Source: Candidatus Hydrogenedentota bacterium (GTDB lineage: Bacteria > Hydrogenedentota > Hydrogenedentia > Hydrogenedentales > SLHB01). From it: a DNA stretch of 64,000 bases. This document shows positions 1 through 10,075 of this stretch, one piece after another. The notes below the pieces were generated by a model. It saw only the letters and a program-made list of their open reading frames with translations. It had not been told where the DNA came from and did no database searches. The position numbers and the translations under genes are program-made. How positions within the stretch are numbered: position 1 is the first letter of the stretch; every line of letters starts with the position of its first letter. The DNA lies in contig BTWA01000013.1 of assembly GCA_045863295.1 (NCBI GenBank), positions 86,350 to 150,349 of the forward strand, read 5' to 3'.

Positions 1-7
1 GTACAGT

Positions 8-928
8 GTGGCCGCGGAAGCGGCGCCGACCGAGGTAAACGTCGGGGATCCCATGACGTTGACCATCAAGGTAAGTGGTATCCCGTATTTTGGCCACATC
101 GACCTTACGGGATTGAACCAGCAGGAACAGCTTATCCGGGACTTCCGAATTCCTGCGGAGATGGCCCCCGCGGAAATGACCCCGGATGCAAAAGTATTTC
201 GTCAAACCATCCGCCCGTTGCGTGCCGGCATTGCCGCGGTCCCTCCCATAAAATTGCCGTATTTCGACAGCAGCGTTGGCGAGTATCGCGTAGCGCAGAG
301 TGAACCGATACCCATAACAGTGTATGAAACCCGCGTTGTCACTACGGCCGATATCGAAGGAGACGCGCCGGTGGCCGCAAATCCCGAACCGGCAAGGGAG
401 CCGACACCCATGGCCGAGGGAATCGCCTACAACTATGAAGGTCCGGAATTGTTGCGCCGTGCGTATTTGCCGCATGAGACGTGGTTGCGAACACCTTTAT
501 GGTGGGGAATTCTAACGTTGCCGCCATTGGTGTTTGCCGCCTTGTTGTCACTGCGCGTGGCCCGTGCGCGAACGCAGCGCGCCAAGGCCGGCGCGGTAAT
601 GTCGCTCAGGGATTTTGAGCAGGCGGCTTTGGCGATGGCAGCAAATTCCGGCGAGCAACAGTTCTATCAATCGGCCATCGCAATTTGGCGAGATTACCTG
701 GGAGGCAAGTTGTCCGCCCCGGCGCGGACTATGACGGCTGCCGATGCACGGCCGCTGCTGCGGCAACGTGGCATCGGGCCGGACGTGATTAGCGAGGTGG
801 AAGCGGTATTCGAGGCTTGCGAAGCCGGCCGATTCGCCGGGGCGGATGTTACCGATGCCAACAAGGAAGCAATCGTCAATCGCATGATCGCAGCGGCGAA
901 GGCCCTCGAACAAGGTAATAAGTCATGA
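8..928 (+). CDS. BatD-family protein, C-terminal part (probably starts upstream of window)
   Basis: Ig-like BatD-type segment (EVNVGDPMTLTIKVSG...LPYFDSSVGEY), one TM helix, then a C-terminal helical domain (CEAGRFAG); lies directly before a BatE-like gene. Confidence 0.7.
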   Translation: MAAEAAPTEVNVGDPMTLTIKVSGIPYFGHIDLTGLNQQEQLIRDFRIPAEMAPAEMTPDAKVFRQTIRPLRAGIAAVPPIKLPYFDSSVGEYRVAQSEPIPITVYETRVVTTADIEGDAPVAANPEPAREPTPMAEGIAYNYEGPELLRRAYLPHETWLRTPLWWGILTLPPLVFAALLSLRVARARTQRAKAGAVMSLRDFEQAALAMAANSGEQQFYQSAIAIWRDYLGGKLSAPARTMTAADARPLLRQRGIGPDVISEVEAVFEACEAGRFAGADVTDANKEAIVNRMIAAAKALEQGNKS

Positions 929-1758
929 AGCCAATGGGTGCCGCGATGACGATCAAGCTCTGCGCAGGCCTGGTGACGGCCCTTCTAGTAGGTTTAACGG
1001 CGGGCGAGGCGGAACTCCCCGCGCCGGAAGTCAGCCAACTGGTCAATGATGCCAATGCCGCATTCGCACAGGCGAATGAGGCGGCATCCACCGATCGCGC
1101 TGCGGCAATACTCTCTTACGAAAAGGCCATATTGCGGTACGAACGTGCCATCAACGAGGGGGAGTTGCGAAACGGCGGAATCTACTATAATCTCGCCAAT
1201 GCCTATTACTTGAAGGGCGATCTGGGCAGGGCCATTCTCAATTACCGGCGTGCTGAACAGTATCTTCCGAGCGATAAAAACATTCTGCAAAATCTCGCCG
1301 TCGCCCGCGCACAGCGAAAAGATTCATTTGAGACCGGCGAATCCGCCCCGTTGCGCGACGTGCTTTTGTTCTGGCATTACGGTATCCCGGCGCGTTGGCG
1401 CATGATTGGCTTTGCGGGCGCCTGGATTATTTTATGGCTGGCAGCCGCGTCAAGGGTCAGCCGGAAAAGCGTGGCTATCCACGCCACTATTGCCGTATCG
1501 TTGCTGCTTGCCTGTGTGTTGTTCGCCTCTGTGCAATACGAAGCCAGCGCCGCATCGAATTCACCTGAGGCAGTTGTGCTTTCAGCGGAGACCCGCTTGC
1601 GCAAGGGGAACAGCGAGTCGTATCAGCCGGTACTCAACGAACCTTTGTACGCAGGCACGGAGTGCAAGGTGCTTGAGACGCGGGGTGACTGGATCCGGAT
1701 CGCGCTGCCCGGGGGCGTGGAAGGATGGCTGACCTCCAGCGCAGTCGAACGCATCTAG
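925..1758 (+). CDS. BatE-like TPR + SH3 domain membrane protein
   Basis: Signal peptide, TPR (YYNLANAYYLKGDLGRAILNYRRA), two TM helices, C-terminal SH3-like ending WIRIALPGGVEGWL; ATGA overlap with upstream gene. Confidence 0.8.
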   Translation: MKPMGAAMTIKLCAGLVTALLVGLTAGEAELPAPEVSQLVNDANAAFAQANEAASTDRAAAILSYEKAILRYERAINEGELRNGGIYYNLANAYYLKGDLGRAILNYRRAEQYLPSDKNILQNLAVARAQRKDSFETGESAPLRDVLLFWHYGIPARWRMIGFAGAWIILWLAAASRVSRKSVAIHATIAVSLLLACVLFASVQYEASAASNSPEAVVLSAETRLRKGNSESYQPVLNEPLYAGTECKVLETRGDWIRIALPGGVEGWLTSSAVERI

Positions 1759-1833
1759 TCCGCGCCAAGCGTTTCAACGGTTGATTCCCCACCCGCCGCG
1801 GCGATATGGTTTTTTCGGCAGGGGGATTCCAAC

Positions 1834-4659
1834 ATGCGCGGAACGCGATTCATTCTACTCTCGAGTCTCTTCGTTACCCTTTTGGGTTGCCAGCATGGCG
1901 GACTGCCGGCAGGTCCGGATCGATTGCTGGTGGTGGAGTTGCGTTGCGAAGACGCCATAGATCCCTTGGGAGTCGATGTGCCCACACCCCGGCTTTCCTG
2001 GCACGCGATTCCTGTCACGCAATACAGCCGCGCCAAGCATCAGTCCGCCTACCGAATCCTCGTGGCCGAAACGAGGGATGCGCTCAGACGTGGCGAAGGT
2101 ACGCTTTGGGATTCCGGCCGTACGGCAATGACCGAGTCTCCCCAGATTGAGTACGGTGGGAAGCCGTTGCAACCCATGCAGGCCGTATACTGGAAAGTGC
2201 GCGTTTGGGATGAGAAGGATCGTCCGTCGCCTTGGAGCAAAGTGGGTTGCTGGGAGACCGGTTTGCTGGCAAACGCAAACTGGAAAGGGCAGTGGATTCA
2301 GCGCCACAGCAGGCTCGACGAGTCCAACGAAGAGTCCTTTTTTGAGCCCTTGCCTGGACCGTTGTTTCGTAAGGCATTCTCCATTGACAAGCCCGTGGAG
2401 CAGGCTAGGTTGTATATCACGGGGCTTGGATACTACGAAATCCTCCTGAATGGGGAACGGGTGGAGGACCGATTCATTGATCCGGCATGGACTGATTATC
2501 GCAAGCGCGTTTTCTATTCCGTGTACGACGTGACCGACGATCTGCGCGCGGGCGCAAACGTGGCGGGCGCGCGTTTGGGCAACGGGTGGTTTAATCCGCT
2601 TCCACTGCGCATGTGGGGGAAGTTCAATCTGCGCGAGGCACTTCTTGTTGGCGAACCACGAATACTTGGGCAATTCGTGATTGACTACACCGACGGATCG
2701 CGTGAAATCATTCCAACGGACACGACATGGCAGTACGGCGACAGCATGGTGGTTGCTAACAGCGTTTATACAGGAGAGACGCAAGATGCATCCGCTGAGC
2801 CTCCGGATTGGCACAAACCCGATTTTGATGCGTCAACGTGGCCCAATGCCCGTCTAGCCGATGCCCCCGGCGGCATTTTGATGGCCCAACCCCTGCCTCC
2901 AATCCGGCGCGTTCGCACGATCGAACCCGTGACCGTGACTGAGCCATCGCCCGGCGTATACATTGCCGATTTTGGCGAGAACATTACCGGTGTTGCCTCA
3001 TTGCGGACCGAGGGACCGGCCGGCACGCATGTAAACCTGCGGTATGGTGAATTGTTGAATTCCGACGGATCGCTCAACGGATTGACATCCGTCATGGGGC
3101 AATTAAAGAACAAGCCCGTGCCCGACGGGTCGAAGCGGCCTTCGACTGCCTGGCAACAGGACACATTTATCCTGAACGGTGACGGCGAGGAAGAGTTCAC
3201 GCCCAAGTTCACTTTTCACGGATTCCGGTATGTCGAGATCACTGGATTGCCGCAGCCGCCGGAAAGGGAAACACTGCGCGCACACGTGATTCACACTGAT
3301 GTGGAGTCCGCGGGAGAGTTCGAATGTTCCAATGACTTGTTCAACCAGATTCAGGCAATTACACAGCGTACGTTCACGAACAATCTCATAGGCGTTCAAT
3401 CCGATTGTCCCCATCGCGAGAAGTTTGGTTATGGCGGCGACATCGTCGCCAGCAGCGAAGCGTTTATGTTGAATTACGACATGGCCGCCTTCTACCGGAA
3501 AACGGTGCATGATTTTGAAGACGCGGTGCGGCCAAACGGAGGATTCACCGAAACCGCGCCGTTTGTGGGCATCGCCGACGAGGGATTGGGAGAGGGTTCC
3601 GGTCCGGTCGGTTGGGGCACGGTGCATCCTCTCTTGTTGTGGCAGTTGCGCCAGTACTACGGCGAAACCAGTCTCATCGACGAACAGTACGACCATGCAA
3701 AACGCTGGGTGGAATTGCTCGCGGCGAATGCGCCCGAGTTCATCCTGGACAACGGCATTGGCGATCATGAAAGTCTGGTGGAAAAGCCGCGGCCGCTGAC
3801 CGGCACGGCGTTCTTGTGGTACAACGCGTGGATTCTGGCTCGACTGGCTGAGACGATTGGCAAGAACGAGGACGCAATCCGGTTCGACACGCTTGCCGGT
3901 TCCGTGCGCGACGCGTTCAACCGCCGATTCCTCGAGCCCGGCACCGGAAAATACTTTTCAGGAACGCAGGCATGCCAGGCGTTCGCGCTTTACTTCAATC
4001 ACGTGCCGGATGCGGAAGTGCCCTATGCGCTATGGCAGTTGGTGCAGGATATCCTCGTTACACACAACGGCCACCTGAGTACTGGCATCTTCGGCACGAA
4101 ATACATGCTCGACGCACTGACACGCTACGGCCGGCACGATGTCGCCACCTTCGTCGTCAATCAGCGAGACTTCCCGGGTTGGGGCCACATGATCGAGAAC
4201 GGCGCAACCACGCTCTGGGAGCATTGGGAATACAGCGACAACACCTTTTCTCACAATCATCCCATGTTTGGATCCGTCAGCGAATGGTTCATCAAGCACT
4301 GTGCCGGCATGCGCCCCGCCGACGATGCCTTGGGCTTCAACAAGATCATCATTCATCCCCAAATGCGCGGCTCTGGCCTGACCCATGCGGAGGCCCGTTA
4401 CAACTCCGTACGCGGTCCCGTCCGATCGGCTTGGAGGCTGGACGGCCGGAACCTCACGCTCGAGGTGACTATCCCTGTCGATGCCACGGCCGAGGTGCAC
4501 ATGCCCGTTTCGCTGAACACGCAGGTATATGAGAAAAGCCGCCGCGTGGAAGAGGCACGAGGAGTGGAAATCGTTTCACGCGAGGACCGGTGGGAGGTCT
4601 ATAAGGTTGGTTCGGGAAGGTATGAATTTCACGTCGAAGGTCTGCGCGATCTAAAGTGA
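1834..4659 (+). CDS. Alpha-L-rhamnosidase (GH78), predicted lipoprotein
   Basis: Lipobox LLGC; motifs PRLSW, FTFHGFRYVE, DCPHREKFGYGGD, GATTLWEHW, SHNHPMFG. Confidence 0.92.
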   Translation: MRGTRFILLSSLFVTLLGCQHGGLPAGPDRLLVVELRCEDAIDPLGVDVPTPRLSWHAIPVTQYSRAKHQSAYRILVAETRDALRRGEGTLWDSGRTAMTESPQIEYGGKPLQPMQAVYWKVRVWDEKDRPSPWSKVGCWETGLLANANWKGQWIQRHSRLDESNEESFFEPLPGPLFRKAFSIDKPVEQARLYITGLGYYEILLNGERVEDRFIDPAWTDYRKRVFYSVYDVTDDLRAGANVAGARLGNGWFNPLPLRMWGKFNLREALLVGEPRILGQFVIDYTDGSREIIPTDTTWQYGDSMVVANSVYTGETQDASAEPPDWHKPDFDASTWPNARLADAPGGILMAQPLPPIRRVRTIEPVTVTEPSPGVYIADFGENITGVASLRTEGPAGTHVNLRYGELLNSDGSLNGLTSVMGQLKNKPVPDGSKRPSTAWQQDTFILNGDGEEEFTPKFTFHGFRYVEITGLPQPPERETLRAHVIHTDVESAGEFECSNDLFNQIQAITQRTFTNNLIGVQSDCPHREKFGYGGDIVASSEAFMLNYDMAAFYRKTVHDFEDAVRPNGGFTETAPFVGIADEGLGEGSGPVGWGTVHPLLLWQLRQYYGETSLIDEQYDHAKRWVELLAANAPEFILDNGIGDHESLVEKPRPLTGTAFLWYNAWILARLAETIGKNEDAIRFDTLAGSVRDAFNRRFLEPGTGKYFSGTQACQAFALYFNHVPDAEVPYALWQLVQDILVTHNGHLSTGIFGTKYMLDALTRYGRHDVATFVVNQRDFPGWGHMIENGATTLWEHWEYSDNTFSHNHPMFGSVSEWFIKHCAGMRPADDALGFNKIIIHPQMRGSGLTHAEARYNSVRGPVRSAWRLDGRNLTLEVTIPVDATAEVHMPVSLNTQVYEKSRRVEEARGVEIVSREDRWEVYKVGSGRYEFHVEGLRDLK

Positions 4660-6687
4660 ATCGTCTTCCTTGTCGCCATATTTTACGGCGATCTCCTGGA
4701 ACTCGTTTTCGAGAGCGAGGAAGGCGTCGAGCACATCGGGGTCAAAATGTTTGCCCCGGCCTTCTTTCAGGATATTCGCTGCCTTTTCATGGGGCATGGG
4801 CGGTTTGTAGCAGCGCAGCGAAGTCAACGCGTCGTACACGTCCGCCAGCGCCATGATGCGTCCACACATCGGGATCGCCTCTCCTGCGAGTCCTTGCGGG
4901 TAACCTGTGCCGTCCCATTTTTCATGGTGGGTCAGGGCAATTTCACATGCCATACGCAGGAAGGGAATCCGTTCGCTTGCGCCGCTCGCGATTTCCGCGC
5001 GCTTCAAAACCTCATACCCGTGGGTCGTATGCTGTTTCATTTGCTCGAATTCTTCGTCGGTCAACTTGCCGGGTTTCAGCAATATGTGATCGGGCACCCC
5101 CACCTTGCCGATATCGTGCAGAGGCGCGCATCGCGGCATCAGTTCCACATCGTCTTTTGTGAGCACCCGGCGGAATTTCTTTTGTCGCGCGAGATAATCG
5201 GCCAGTTCCTTCACATACCGTTGTGTGCGAATGATATGCCGGCCCGTTTCCGGGTCGCGCGTTTCGGCAAGCGCCGTCAATCCGCTAATGGCATAGCTCT
5301 GCGCGGCGGATAGATCCCGTGCCCGCCGGTATGCCTGTTTCTCCTCGAGCCTGAACCGGATGATCGAAAGCAAGACAAAGCTCGAAGCAAGCGCCGCCAT
5401 CATCGGCACTGGGGGAAGGTAGAGTCCATAGTTGGCCAAGGTGTATTGGGAGCCAAACCAGATGGCCGCCATGCCCACGAGAAAGCCCACACGGCTTATC
5501 ACGAGCGGCAACGCCGCGACTGAAACCGCCGTGAACAGGCAGAGCAGCAACACCGCCACCACCTCGGCTTGACGCGTCCAGCCGGGCTGATTCAAGTAAT
5601 CGCCCTGCAACATGTTGTTTACGGCGATCGCGTGCAATTCGACGCCCGGCACAGCCCGCGAGAACGGCGTTGCATGCACGTCGCGAAGCGAGACCGCCGA
5701 CGATCCCACCAGGACGATCTTGCCCGCCAAGTCACTCCTGGACACGTTACCGGACAGCACATCCGAGGCAGAAACATACGGCGCGTGCCGCATCGAGCCG
5801 GAGTAACGTAACAGGAGATTGCCGTGCGCGTCGGTGGGTATTTCCCGGCGTCCCGCGCGAATACATTGGACTCCCAGCGGTGAACATACGATATCGTAGT
5901 TCGACACTCCGGTGGATCGAAGCAGCAGCGCCAACGCAAGCGACGGATACACCTGGCCGTCGTATTGGATGACCAGCGGCATTCGGCGGAGTTTATTGTC
6001 GAGATCCGGCAGCGCGTTCAAAAATCCCGTGCCGTCGACGGCCGCCGCAATTTCATCCGTGGGACACAACGCGTGGCTTGCTTCCAGGATATAGTCTTTG
6101 CTCGTGCCTTGTCCGCCCACGATACGGCCTATAGCCAAAGGAGGCGGACAGGCGCCTTTCCGTGGAAGCTCGTCGCCGAATGAAAGCCACATGCATGTTA
6201 TCGCGGCTGAACGATGGATCGAATTTGCGAGAAGGGCGTCATTGTCCAACTGTTCCGGCGAAAGGGGACCAAAATCGAGTTCCATGCCGTGATCGCGGCG
6301 GTAGGTCTCTGCGATGGCGGCCAGGGATTTTCCGTCTGGTTCCGCGAGCACGATGTCCAAACCGATGCCCGCAGCTTCGAGCTCCCGTATGGAGTCAATC
6401 AAACGCGCGAGTTTGTAGCGTGGCCATGGCCACTGGCCTTCTTGTTTCAGGCTGGCTTCGTCGATGTCTACAATGACTGCGTTGGATACCGGCGGCTCGC
6501 GGTCGATCGAACGCAACAATACGTCGTATCCGATCAGATCCAAGTCTCGCAACGCGATAGGCCTGACAATAGCGATCAGTGTAAAGGCCAATGCCGCCGC
6601 CACGCCCCACAGCAACACGCTAAAGCGGACACGTCCAGTTCGTGCGCCGGTCGAATCCAAGGCTGACCTTGACCGAGAATGTTTCAT
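4651..6687 (-). CDS. CHASE2 + HD-GYP c-di-GMP phosphodiesterase
   Basis: CHASE2 motifs IVDIDEASL, WPWPR, PGVELHA; three TM helices; HDIGK, HHEKWDGTGYP and RCYK intact. Start taken at ATG 6687 (ORF is open to 6747). Confidence 0.9.
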   Translation of the reverse strand: MKHSRSRSALDSTGARTGRVRFSVLLWGVAAALAFTLIAIVRPIALRDLDLIGYDVLLRSIDREPPVSNAVIVDIDEASLKQEGQWPWPRYKLARLIDSIRELEAAGIGLDIVLAEPDGKSLAAIAETYRRDHGMELDFGPLSPEQLDNDALLANSIHRSAAITCMWLSFGDELPRKGACPPPLAIGRIVGGQGTSKDYILEASHALCPTDEIAAAVDGTGFLNALPDLDNKLRRMPLVIQYDGQVYPSLALALLLRSTGVSNYDIVCSPLGVQCIRAGRREIPTDAHGNLLLRYSGSMRHAPYVSASDVLSGNVSRSDLAGKIVLVGSSAVSLRDVHATPFSRAVPGVELHAIAVNNMLQGDYLNQPGWTRQAEVVAVLLLCLFTAVSVAALPLVISRVGFLVGMAAIWFGSQYTLANYGLYLPPVPMMAALASSFVLLSIIRFRLEEKQAYRRARDLSAAQSYAISGLTALAETRDPETGRHIIRTQRYVKELADYLARQKKFRRVLTKDDVELMPRCAPLHDIGKVGVPDHILLKPGKLTDEEFEQMKQHTTHGYEVLKRAEIASGASERIPFLRMACEIALTHHEKWDGTGYPQGLAGEAIPMCGRIMALADVYDALTSLRCYKPPMPHEKAANILKEGRGKHFDPDVLDAFLALENEFQEIAVKYGDKEDDSL

Positions 6688-6727
6688 GCCTGTTGAAACG
6701 CCTGTGACTGATGCGCCGGCCAGCTTC

Positions 6728-7327
6728 TTACCGGACAACCACTTCAACCCGGCGATTTAATGGCTCCGCGACCCCGTCTTCCGTGGGCACAAGCGGGTTG
6801 TTTTCGCCATGTGACTCCACCAGGATGTCCCCGGGGCGCACCCCCGACGACACCAAGGCTTCCTTGATGAAGCGCGCGCGCTGGAGCGACAGCTCAATGT
6901 TGAATGCGTCTTCGCCCTTGCGGTCCGCGTGCCCAATGACGCTCAGGTCACGCGAATTCCGCGCGGCCACTTCCCGCATGATTTCCGCTACCAACGGTTG
7001 CGACGCCGCATTGAGGGACGTGGACCCCTCCTCGAAATAGAGGAGAAAACTCCTCGGTGGATCCGGTTGTGCCTGAATGCCTTGGTAGAATAGCGTTTCG
7101 ACTTGTTCTTCCGGCATCGGCAGCACTTCGGTGAACGACGTTTCGCTGTTCTTCACCCACGTGCTGTCCCGGTCCTTCGCCAACACAGCCGTGCCCGTCT
7201 TGTTCGTGATTGTCGCTTCGCCCACCTTGCCGGTCGGATCCGGCACCAATACAAACGCGCTCAACTCTTTTGCACACCCCGTAAGAGCGACCACGGCCAG
7301 CAGTACAATCCAGTTTGCCCGCCTCAT
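6728..7327 (-). CDS. OmpA/MotB-like peptidoglycan-binding lipoprotein
   Basis: Lipobox LTGC; GHAD...NIELSLQRA...NRRVEV OmpA_C motifs. Confidence 0.88.
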   Translation of the reverse strand: MRRANWIVLLAVVALTGCAKELSAFVLVPDPTGKVGEATITNKTGTAVLAKDRDSTWVKNSETSFTEVLPMPEEQVETLFYQGIQAQPDPPRSFLLYFEEGSTSLNAASQPLVAEIMREVAARNSRDLSVIGHADRKGEDAFNIELSLQRARFIKEALVSSGVRPGDILVESHGENNPLVPTEDGVAEPLNRRVEVVVR

Positions 7328-7938
7328 TTGGTTTCCTCCCGGATTCCTTTCTTTTCCGCGTTGCTTGGATCGATCCAGACAAACAATTTCGTGCCCCGGA
7401 CCGCCACGATTCCCACGGGCGTCTCCATTTTCACGGAGTCCGGCGACAATTTCGCAATTACCCCGCTCACGTACGAAAACGTACCCTTTACCAATTGCGT
7501 TACCAGGGAGTAATTCTCGTCGATTGGCTCGAACGCGTAGTCCTTCAATTTAATTTCGCTGGAAACTCCCAGCGCCAGCATGGAATCGTCGCGCAGAACT
7601 ATTCCTACGTGGCCATCGTCGGCGGTGCGAACGGCATCGGCTTCAAACAGCCGCTCCCCGACGTCTGCTTCCAATTCGCTTCCCTCGCGCAACACATACG
7701 CTTTGCCCTTGACCTTGGTGATGCTGCCTATGGCCGACGCATTTTCCGGGTCGTTATCCGTTTCCTGGGCCGCAGCCAAGTCCGTTCGGCCCGAACCGGA
7801 TGGTTGGGTGACAACTGGGTCGTCAGGTGTGGATTCGGGGGGCGAGTGCGGCTCCGGCGTTCCGGCCAGCGCCGACTGCCAAGTCCCAGCCAGCACCAGC
7901 CCTAGGACTGTGAAAATACGAAAGTCGAATCGTTGCAT
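7324..7938 (-). CDS. Exported FecR-domain protein
   Basis: Signal peptide; FecR-like motifs (RTADDGHVGIVLRDDS, TPVGIVAVRGT); AGGAGGAG RBS before ATG 7938. Confidence 0.82.
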   Translation of the reverse strand: MQRFDFRIFTVLGLVLAGTWQSALAGTPEPHSPPESTPDDPVVTQPSGSGRTDLAAAQETDNDPENASAIGSITKVKGKAYVLREGSELEADVGERLFEADAVRTADDGHVGIVLRDDSMLALGVSSEIKLKDYAFEPIDENYSLVTQLVKGTFSYVSGVIAKLSPDSVKMETPVGIVAVRGTKLFVWIDPSNAEKKGIREETK

Positions 7939-8403
7939 GGCGTTACTCCTCCTGGGTATATATCCGGCAGGAATTCCGGCCGGCATAACACTACCCGTTG
8001 TCTGCCAGAACCGCCTTCACGCCGTGGATGCGAGGGCATCCACAATTCAATTCGAGTATTCTGATCCACGCCGCATGCATTTCCACGACCCGCACTGCGC
8101 TGGAAATAGGCCAATCCCGTACAGCCCTGCCAGTATTACGGGAATTCCGTTGCCTCAGAAGTGTACCACAGCGAGTTCCAAACTGTAACTCAATTTGCCG
8201 GCAATCCATCGCCAGAATGGAGAAACGTGCGGTTTGTCACGAAGGGGGGAAATCCGCCATCATAGGAGCAGGTGCGTCCGCCGGGGCGTACCCACGGAGC
8301 CGATGACGCAGGAGGCAACTTCGCCTCCCCACGGGCGATCAATCGAGATACGATTCGAGGTTCCGCAGGGAGCCTCAAGCCATTCCGAAGGAGGAAGAGT
8401 TCA

Positions 8404-9798
8404 ATGCCAGATCAGAACGATGTCAGCCGCCGGGATTTTATGCAGGGAGCGGCCAAAGCGGCCGGCGTGGCGGCCGGCGCCGGAGCCTTGGCGCAAGCCG
8501 CCAATGCCGACGTGTACAAGCGGATTCTTCCCCAGACCGTCTTGGGCGCCAACGAAAAACTTCTCAGCGGCCATATCGGCGTGGGGCAAATGGGTAAACG
8601 CGATCTGCAATTCGTAATGCTGCGGGAAGACGTTCAGCCGGTCGCCGTGTGCGACTTGTTTCCGCCCAATTTGGACCAGGCAACTCAGATCATTTCCGCG
8701 AAATATCCCGAGCCCACGAAACACACTTATTTCGAAGAAGTGATCGCGAACAAAGACATCGACATCATCGTCGTGGTGACTCCCGACCATTGGCATACCG
8801 TCCCAACGCTTATGGCGTTCGAAGCCGGCAAGGATGTGTATTGCGAAAAACCCATGTCCACGACCATCGAGGAAGGCCAGGCCATCGTCGCATCCGCGAA
8901 AGAGCATGACCGCATTTATCAATCCGGCACGATGCAGCGTAGCGGCGTGTATTTTCAGGAAGCCGTCAAAATGGTGCAAGACGGCTATATCGGCAAAATT
9001 GGCCGCGTCGAGACCTTCAACTACGACACGGGCACGGTCAAAGGTATTGGAAATCCGCCAGACGAACCCGCGCCGTCATGGCTTGATTGGGAGCGGTACG
9101 TTGGCTGGACGCGCACTGTTCCGTTCAACAAAAACCGTTTTCAATACAATTTCCGCTGGTTTACGGAGTACTCCGGTGGAAAGATTACGGACTGGGGCGC
9201 CCACTTGCTCGATATTGCCATCTGGGCCATGGGCGAAGACAAACAGCCGAAAGCGGTGACCGCGGGCGGCGGCAACTTCGTTCTCGAAGACAACCGCACC
9301 ACGCCTGATACGTTGAACGTATCCTGGGAGTTCGACAACTACCTCCTGACCTTCTCCAACATGGCCTGGAATCCCTATCCTGAGATGAAAGGTCCCGGGC
9401 ACGGCATCTATTTCCACGGCACGCTGGGCAGCATGCTCGTGGATCGGCGCGGCTATCAGGTGTTCCCGTTCCGGGACAACGGCGGTTGCGAACCGGTCAG
9501 CAAACTGGACGCGCGGGAAATGGACATGAACACCGGTCATTGGGAAAACTTCATCCAGTGCGTGCGCGATCACAAGCCCACAATCTGCAACCCCGAAGTG
9601 GCCTACAACACGATTCGCACCTGCGTTACCGGCAAGGCCGCTTACCTCGCCAACGCCAAGCTGCAATGGGACGCGCTTGCACAAAAGTTCAAGGGTGGCG
9701 ACCCCGACGCGGTGAAGGTCGGCAATGAGTGGCTCTATAAGCCGTACGAAAACGGATGGTCGCTCAAAGCACCCCACCATCCTAATTTGAAAGCATAA
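8404..9798 (+). CDS. Gfo/Idh/MocA oxidoreductase with Tat signal
   Basis: SRRDFM twin-arginine motif; GVGQMG, TPDHWH, YCEKP, DWGAHLLD; GGAGG RBS. Confidence 0.9.
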   Translation: MPDQNDVSRRDFMQGAAKAAGVAAGAGALAQAANADVYKRILPQTVLGANEKLLSGHIGVGQMGKRDLQFVMLREDVQPVAVCDLFPPNLDQATQIISAKYPEPTKHTYFEEVIANKDIDIIVVVTPDHWHTVPTLMAFEAGKDVYCEKPMSTTIEEGQAIVASAKEHDRIYQSGTMQRSGVYFQEAVKMVQDGYIGKIGRVETFNYDTGTVKGIGNPPDEPAPSWLDWERYVGWTRTVPFNKNRFQYNFRWFTEYSGGKITDWGAHLLDIAIWAMGEDKQPKAVTAGGGNFVLEDNRTTPDTLNVSWEFDNYLLTFSNMAWNPYPEMKGPGHGIYFHGTLGSMLVDRRGYQVFPFRDNGGCEPVSKLDAREMDMNTGHWENFIQCVRDHKPTICNPEVAYNTIRTCVTGKAAYLANAKLQWDALAQKFKGGDPDAVKVGNEWLYKPYENGWSLKAPHHPNLKA

Positions 9799-10075
9799 GA
9801 AAGAAGTTGACGCGGCAATCGGCCGCGTTCATGCACCGCCGGCGCGTTCAGGTTCCTCCTGGAAGCGTCGGCGGCTTTGTTTTCCGGGATTGTAGTTCAA
9901 CATCAACCCATGCATGCTCCCCTTGGCTCGATGACGGCATACCTCAAGAATGCATCCCTCCACCGTTTTGGCGTCTTACCGCAACCTCTGATATTGTCAA
10001 TGCACTGCGCCGTGGCTTTCGGTGCGTCGGGGGACGTGCCGGCGATAGATTAATCCCGGCGCAAGGGGGCACACG

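Noticed and set aside
7990..8260. c-di-GMP riboswitch upstream of the FecR-OmpA-HD-GYP operon
   Set aside because: A GGCAAA is present on the minus strand, but the GNRA loop and GACGCAAAGC-like segment are not
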